From IMG/VR virus record IMGVR_UViG_3300015608_004663: DNA of 20,000 nucleotides; one strand, 5' to 3'. The notes beneath the pieces were generated by a model that worked only from the letters and a program-made list of their open reading frames with translations, ran no database searches and was not told where the DNA came from. This document shows, in pieces, positions 16,258-20,000 of this stretch (position 1 is the first letter of the stretch; each line of letters opens with the position of its first letter). Source of the stretch: an uncultured virus (IMG/VR IMGVR_UViG_3300015608_004663) (Duplodnaviria; Heunggongvirae; Uroviricota; Caudoviricetes). Both the position numbers and the translations under genes were made by a program.

Positions 16258-16608
16258 CTAGGATAGGTATCCTATCTGCCACTCTTGCAAGATGCCCTTA
16301 GAGTCAAACGAGCACACTCTAAGACCGTCAGAATCAGCTGTCTCAATGGTGACTGCGTTGTGATCAAGCTCGCCGAGCTCGATCATCTCACCAACTTTGG
16401 CGATGATTGGTTCTGAGTTTGTTGCGACGATCAAGTGAGTTGCAGTCACGTCTCGCTGGGCGCCAGACAGAATGTGATTGAAGAAGTGCACCTGTTCTGA
16501 CGCTCTGCGCTGAGCAGCTGGGTGAAGCGCTAGCGTGACATCTTGTCGATCTACCAAAGAAACATCTAGAAGATGTGACACTCTTGCATCAATAGCGCTC
16601 AGATCACC
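16258..16608 (-). CDS. DUF3696-like protein: degenerate C-terminal fragment of an AAA_21/ABC-type ATPase; 5' end uncertain (gap)
   Basis: LHPAAQ (D-loop-like), LIVATNSEPII (H-loop THS changed to TNS), and GELDHNAV...FDSKGILQEWQIGY, resembling the DUF3696 tail. Confidence 0.65.
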   Translation of the reverse strand, partial: GDLSAIDARVSHLLDVSLVDRQDVTLALHPAAQRRASEQVHFFNHILSGAQRDVTATHLIVATNSEPIIAKVGEMIELGELDHNAVTIETADSDGLRVCSFDSKGILQEWQIGYLS

Positions 16609-16688
16609 NNNNNNNNNNNNNNNNNNNNNNNNNNNNNNNNNNNNNNNNNNNNNNNNNNNNNNNNNNNNNNNNNNNNNNNNNNNNNNNN

Positions 16689-16751
16689 CGCGAAGGGCTG
16701 GATGATGATCAGATCACCAGGAAGCACGCTGTGCTCTTCGTTAGCTTTCAT
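16689..16751 (-). CDS. PGDL-family protein, 5' part only (runs into gap)
   Basis: MKANEEHSVLPGDLIIIQPFA. Confidence 0.55.
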
Positions 16752-16760
16752 CTGATTTGC

Positions 16761-16988
16761 TCATTTAGCGCGCACAATCACATCGCAGCTCTCGCGCTTA
16801 GATAGAGTCTGGCGCATTTTGAGATTAAAGTTAGTTGGGCTGTCTCGGCACGAGAGTGATAATGTGCACACGATATCAGCTGATATCGTGTGCACGACTA
16901 TGTTGCACGAGGCGTAATAATGGTCAATGATCAGATCGCCAGGATGAACAACAGAAAGCTCTAGGCGTTGATCGTTTTCATTTTTCAT
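16761..16988 (-). CDS. small PGDL-motif protein
   Basis: MKNENDQRLELSVVHPGDLIID; start re-assigned to ATG 16988. Confidence 0.6.
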   Translation of the reverse strand: MKNENDQRLELSVVHPGDLIIDHYYASCNIVVHTISADIVCTLSLSCRDSPTNFNLKMRQTLSKRESCDVIVRAK

Positions 16989-16998
16989 CTGAAATCTT

Positions 16999-17256
16999 TC
17001 ACGCAAGATCGTCAACTCCAAAGCAGAGCTCGTCACACGGATGATCAGCGGGTCTGATGTAGTCTACTTCAACTGCGCCAGTTCTAACAAAGCGCGGCGA
17101 GATCGCGACTGTTCGCGCAAAATCATCATGCTCACAAGCTACATGATAAAAAAATCTGAAATACGGAATGTCGACGCGCCCGTGATCGTTTACGCCATGA
17201 TCAGTTACAATTATCAGATCACCAGGAACTGCGCTGCGCCAGCTGACCGTTGACAA
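16999..17256 (-). CDS. small PGDL-motif protein, RFFY subfamily
   Basis: AVPGDLIIV...RFFY...AIS...Y.RPA...LCF; AGGAG RBS with TTG start. Confidence 0.7.
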   Translation of the reverse strand: MSTVSWRSAVPGDLIIVTDHGVNDHGRVDIPYFRFFYHVACEHDDFARTVAISPRFVRTGAVEVDYIRPADHPCDELCFGVDDLA

Positions 17257-17301
17257 GCGATCTCCTGTTAAAAGATAAGTTAAGTGCGCGCTTGATGCAA
17301 G

Positions 17302-17513
17302 CTACTTCTCACAGCTGAAGCAAAGCCAGTCACCATAGAACAGCTGCGCGGGTCTTGTGTACGCGAGATCAACGACACCTTTGCTGATTGCTATCGCAAC
17401 TGCTTCGTCGCCGCGCCAGGGCACGTTGTAAAAGAACCGCAGATTTACTTGCCCATCAAGCGCTAGATTCACGATCAGATCACCAGGATGCACGTGTTTG
17501 TCGGGCGACTTTT
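17302..17513 (-). CDS. small PGDL-motif protein, RFFY subfamily; start in gap
   Basis: VHPGDLIVN...RFFY...AIS...YTRPA...LCF. Confidence 0.7.
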
Positions 17514-17662
17514 NNNNNNNNNNNNNNNNNNNNNNNNNNNNNNNNNNNNNNNNNNNNNNNNNNNNNNNNNNNNNNNNNNNNNNNNNNNNNNNNNNNNNNN
17601 NNNNNNNNNNNNNNNNNNNNNNNNNTGATCTGTGATACACTGAGATCTACACGGAGAAACGC

Positions 17663-17899
17663 TTGAACAAACCGATCAAAGATCTAAGCGATCTTAAGCT
17701 GTGGTTGGTCACTGGCGAGATCGAGAAGCAGCTTTACATGAGCTCTAGATCTGAACGTTTGAGCGAGATTAGGTTAGTAGCTGCTGGAAGTGAAGCTGAA
17801 GCCGCCGAAAAATTCAGCGAGCACTTTGAATCACTCAGCTCAGAGTACGCTGTGCACTACACGGTCACTGTGAAATGCGTCAGTGGTGTCATTACCTGA
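17663..17899 (+). CDS. hypothetical phage-like protein
   Basis: GGAG RBS, TTG start, TGnTACACT -10 upstream; 'V.A.SE.EA.E' pattern common in phage ORFans. Confidence 0.65.
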   Translation: MNKPIKDLSDLKLWLVTGEIEKQLYMSSRSERLSEIRLVAAGSEAEAAEKFSEHFESLSSEYAVHYTVTVKCVSGVIT

Positions 17900-17917
17900 T
17901 CGCGAAAGAGATCAAAG

Positions 17918-18439
17918 ATGAACGGTAAAGCGCTCATTGCTGAGCTAGATCAGAAGATCTCTCATGCATCAGCGCAGCTTGAAGCTGCGCGACAAGCTAA
18001 CCAGCAGCGCCGATCACGCTTAGAAGCCGAGCTGCGCGAGATCGACAGCGTTGAGAATCCGCTGAAGCAGCGTTTGACAGACGCTCAAAAAGCTTTGAAA
18101 GAGACTAAGCGAGCTATGCTAGGTCCCTGGATTCTGAGTCAGCGAACTGCAGATGGACTAGCTACTTCTGGCAATCGTTTAGTTTACGTTGAGAGCGCGA
18201 TATCTGCATGGAACTCGCGAGTCTGGCTGCGCAAAGTTGGGCGTGATGCACCTTCCCGATACCCGCGGGACACAGTGTGGGAGTGGGAAGCTGCTTGCAG
18301 TGCGCTTGATGAATCATCAAACGGTGTGATTTTTAAATTCGGCCCAGGCACAGGTGATGATCCAGCTGACTTCTTGCGCTTGAGCAAGATTGTAGACAAG
18401 TACATGTCTGATATGGGATGGATACTGTGCGATGAGTGA
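17918..18439 (+). CDS. hypothetical protein with N-terminal coiled coil
   Basis: Heptad-like E/Q/R/L-rich first ~65 aa. Confidence 0.7.
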   Translation: MNGKALIAELDQKISHASAQLEAARQANQQRRSRLEAELREIDSVENPLKQRLTDAQKALKETKRAMLGPWILSQRTADGLATSGNRLVYVESAISAWNSRVWLRKVGRDAPSRYPRDTVWEWEAACSALDESSNGVIFKFGPGTGDDPADFLRLSKIVDKYMSDMGWILCDE

Positions 18440-18641
18440 AAGATCTTGCGCTAGTGCACTCAACACTCCAGACGACCTCGCGTCGTTCTTTGGTGGACTC
18501 TGGGTTTGCATGACAATATCGTCTGACGGAAGCGTTTACTTCAGTTTGAATGTTCACTGCGATCCAGTTGCGTCGAAAAGCGTCATGCACTTCAACGCGG
18601 GTCGAACAGCAACTGGCGAGATTCTATCTAAAGCAGAGTGA
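18432..18641 (+). CDS. hypothetical small protein
   Basis: Overlaps both neighbours; TPDDL may be a degenerate PGDL. Confidence 0.5.
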   Translation: MSERSCASALNTPDDLASFFGGLWVCMTISSDGSVYFSLNVHCDPVASKSVMHFNAGRTATGEILSKAE

Positions 18642-18898
18642 ATCAGATGTTCTCAAGAGACACGTGTCCCGGTGATCTAAAGCAAGAGTTTGTGACATCA
18701 AAGCGTCTAATTGATTTAGCTGTCGTTATCATTATTTACTCACCCCAGCGCAATCTCGCAAAACCGCTGCACAGCGAGCAAAACACTGAACCGTGTCTGA
18801 TATTGAAAGTGAATGCTGCTGCAAAAGCAGCTGAAGTGTTGAAGACGTTTGGAAGAAACGTGCTTGATTATGAATCAAGCTTGTTTGAAGCTGAGTGA
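18638..18898 (+). CDS. small PGDL-motif protein
   Basis: TCPGDLKQE...AVVIII. Confidence 0.6.
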   Translation: MNQMFSRDTCPGDLKQEFVTSKRLIDLAVVIIIYSPQRNLAKPLHSEQNTEPCLILKVNAAAKAAEVLKTFGRNVLDYESSLFEAE

Positions 18899-18900
18899 TC

Positions 18901-19113
18901 TCACTCAGAGCACAGATCTGATGCTTCGTCTTGAAGCATGTATTGAAGCATGTACGCGCGCTGACACTCGTACTGATTGTTGACGATCACGCACACAAGC
19001 CCAAGCGGGCAGCCCATAGGCCAGTCTGGTCCACACCTGACACCAGATCCTCCGCACGAGATCGACAAGAAAGCAATCAGCACGATCAAAAACGCTCGAA
19101 TCTTTCGCAACAT
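18901..19113 (-). CDS. small Cys-rich lipoprotein
   Basis: MLRKIRAFLIVLIAFLSIS-C signal peptide II, then C-x7-CPLGLVC-x8-C; AGGAG RBS. Confidence 0.65.
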   Translation of the reverse strand: MLRKIRAFLIVLIAFLSISCGGSGVRCGPDWPMGCPLGLVCVIVNNQYECQRAYMLQYMLQDEASDLCSE

Positions 19114-19135
19114 TACTGCTCTCCTTTCTGAGAGA

Positions 19136-19378
19136 TTAGTGACTCCACAGCGAGTGCACATCATCTTTAGCTTCTTTCAGACTGCACGCAAACTGCCTGT
19201 TCACAGCTATCTTACCAAAAGCAAAGATAGCTTTGATAGCTCGAATCATAGATTCGCCATGATCGCGCGTGACCAGAGCGACATGACCGCTTGGACACGC
19301 AATCAAGCCGTGTGATTCTGAGATGATAATCGCGACTCGCAAGCGCGTGATAGACAGTTCACCAGGTTGCATCATCAT
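19136..19378 (-). CDS. small PGDL-like protein (MMMQPGEL)
   Basis: GGAG before ATG 19378; the longer 165-aa call is probably spurious upstream. Confidence 0.55.
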   Translation of the reverse strand: MMMQPGELSITRLRVAIIISESHGLIACPSGHVALVTRDHGESMIRAIKAIFAFGKIAVNRQFACSLKEAKDDVHSLWSH

Positions 19379-19565
19379 CGCTCCGTTGAACCTTTCACCT
19401 GACGCAGTTTGACACACTAAGCTGCGCAGCGAGTTCACGATCTCAGCAAGCGCTAGCTGGGCGGCGCTTTGATCGTTAGCACGTAGAGCACGCCAGCATC
19501 TTGCTTGGGCCCGCCGAGGTCCGCGCTGCGGTTGCTCTTGCTGGGGCGGCGGTAGCGGTTGTGGT

Positions 19566-19908
19566 TCATGGGGCGTCCGGCACCGTAATTGCGCGCCGCA
19601 CATCCTCGGGCAGCAACGCGATGCGCTGTTCATTGATGGCGCGGTAGTCCTGCTGATTTGTTCGCGACTCGGCGTAGTTCAGCAGCCACAGCAGGTCATG
19701 CAAGGTCCACCAACTGCGCTGCGGCGTCGCGCGACATCGGAATGGTCTGCTGAAGTTCGACCGCCTCGCCGCGAAACTGATACGCCACGCGGAGCCCATT
19801 TGCCGTCGCCCAGAAGTCGATAACGCGCAGATCAGTCACCTGGGTATCCAGCATATCGGCGAGCGCCCGCGCCACCGTTAACCACGCGCCAAGTCGTTCG
19901 ATGGTCAT
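19566..19908 (-). pseudogene. GC-rich hypothetical gene, possibly one gene split by a frameshift near 19700
   Basis: MTIERLGAW...AAAQLVD continues as LHDLLWLLNYAESR...VPDAP if one base is removed from GGACCTTGCATGAC. Confidence 0.4.
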
Positions 19909-20000
19909 AGTTTACCCCCAAAGAGTTGGTTGAGCGACCTCGGAACCCGATTGGTGTTGCACTAAGTGCTCGGCTGCGAGTTCGCTTTGTAGTCGAGAAA

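Noticed and set aside
11495..17625. N runs as biological features
   Set aside because: Unknown sequence (gaps or masking); ORFs and frames crossing them are unreliable.
7600..19400. CCNGGTGATCT as a DNA repeat (CRISPR, attC or recombination site)
   Set aside because: Variation is concentrated at synonymous positions, always in one reading frame near starts, with irregular spacing. It is better explained as a protein motif.

Overview
Gene-dense window of mostly small, tightly packed or overlapping ORFans with frequent strand switches and seven N gaps. It reads like an accessory region of a very large (jumbo) phage or similar element, but this is inference because the window holds no capsid or terminase gene. 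The clearest feature is a complete type A RNase P RNA gene (about 4067-4436). It abuts an Rnl2-type RNA ligase gene and lies near a stand-alone HD-domain protein resembling the C-terminal part of CCA-adding enzymes, suggesting a tRNA maturation/repair kit. Other recognisable genes encode a 3'-partial APC-family permease (missed by the ORF track), a pyrimidine-dimer glycosylase, DUF6900, DUF1391, an EpmC-like HExxH protein, a truncated DUF3696/ATPase-like protein and a Cys-rich lipoprotein. About 25-28 small paralogues share an N-terminal PGDL motif, and several are broken by single mutations. Five ORFs share an N-terminal L(R/K)xLIxE motif, and three of them have an upstream ATAnTTA element. 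A recurrent GTGCAH-N17/18-TAnnnT promoter-like motif often precedes apparently leaderless starts. A phased-repeat non-coding island lies at about 8630-8890, and GATC is strongly enriched except in a few GC-rich patches.
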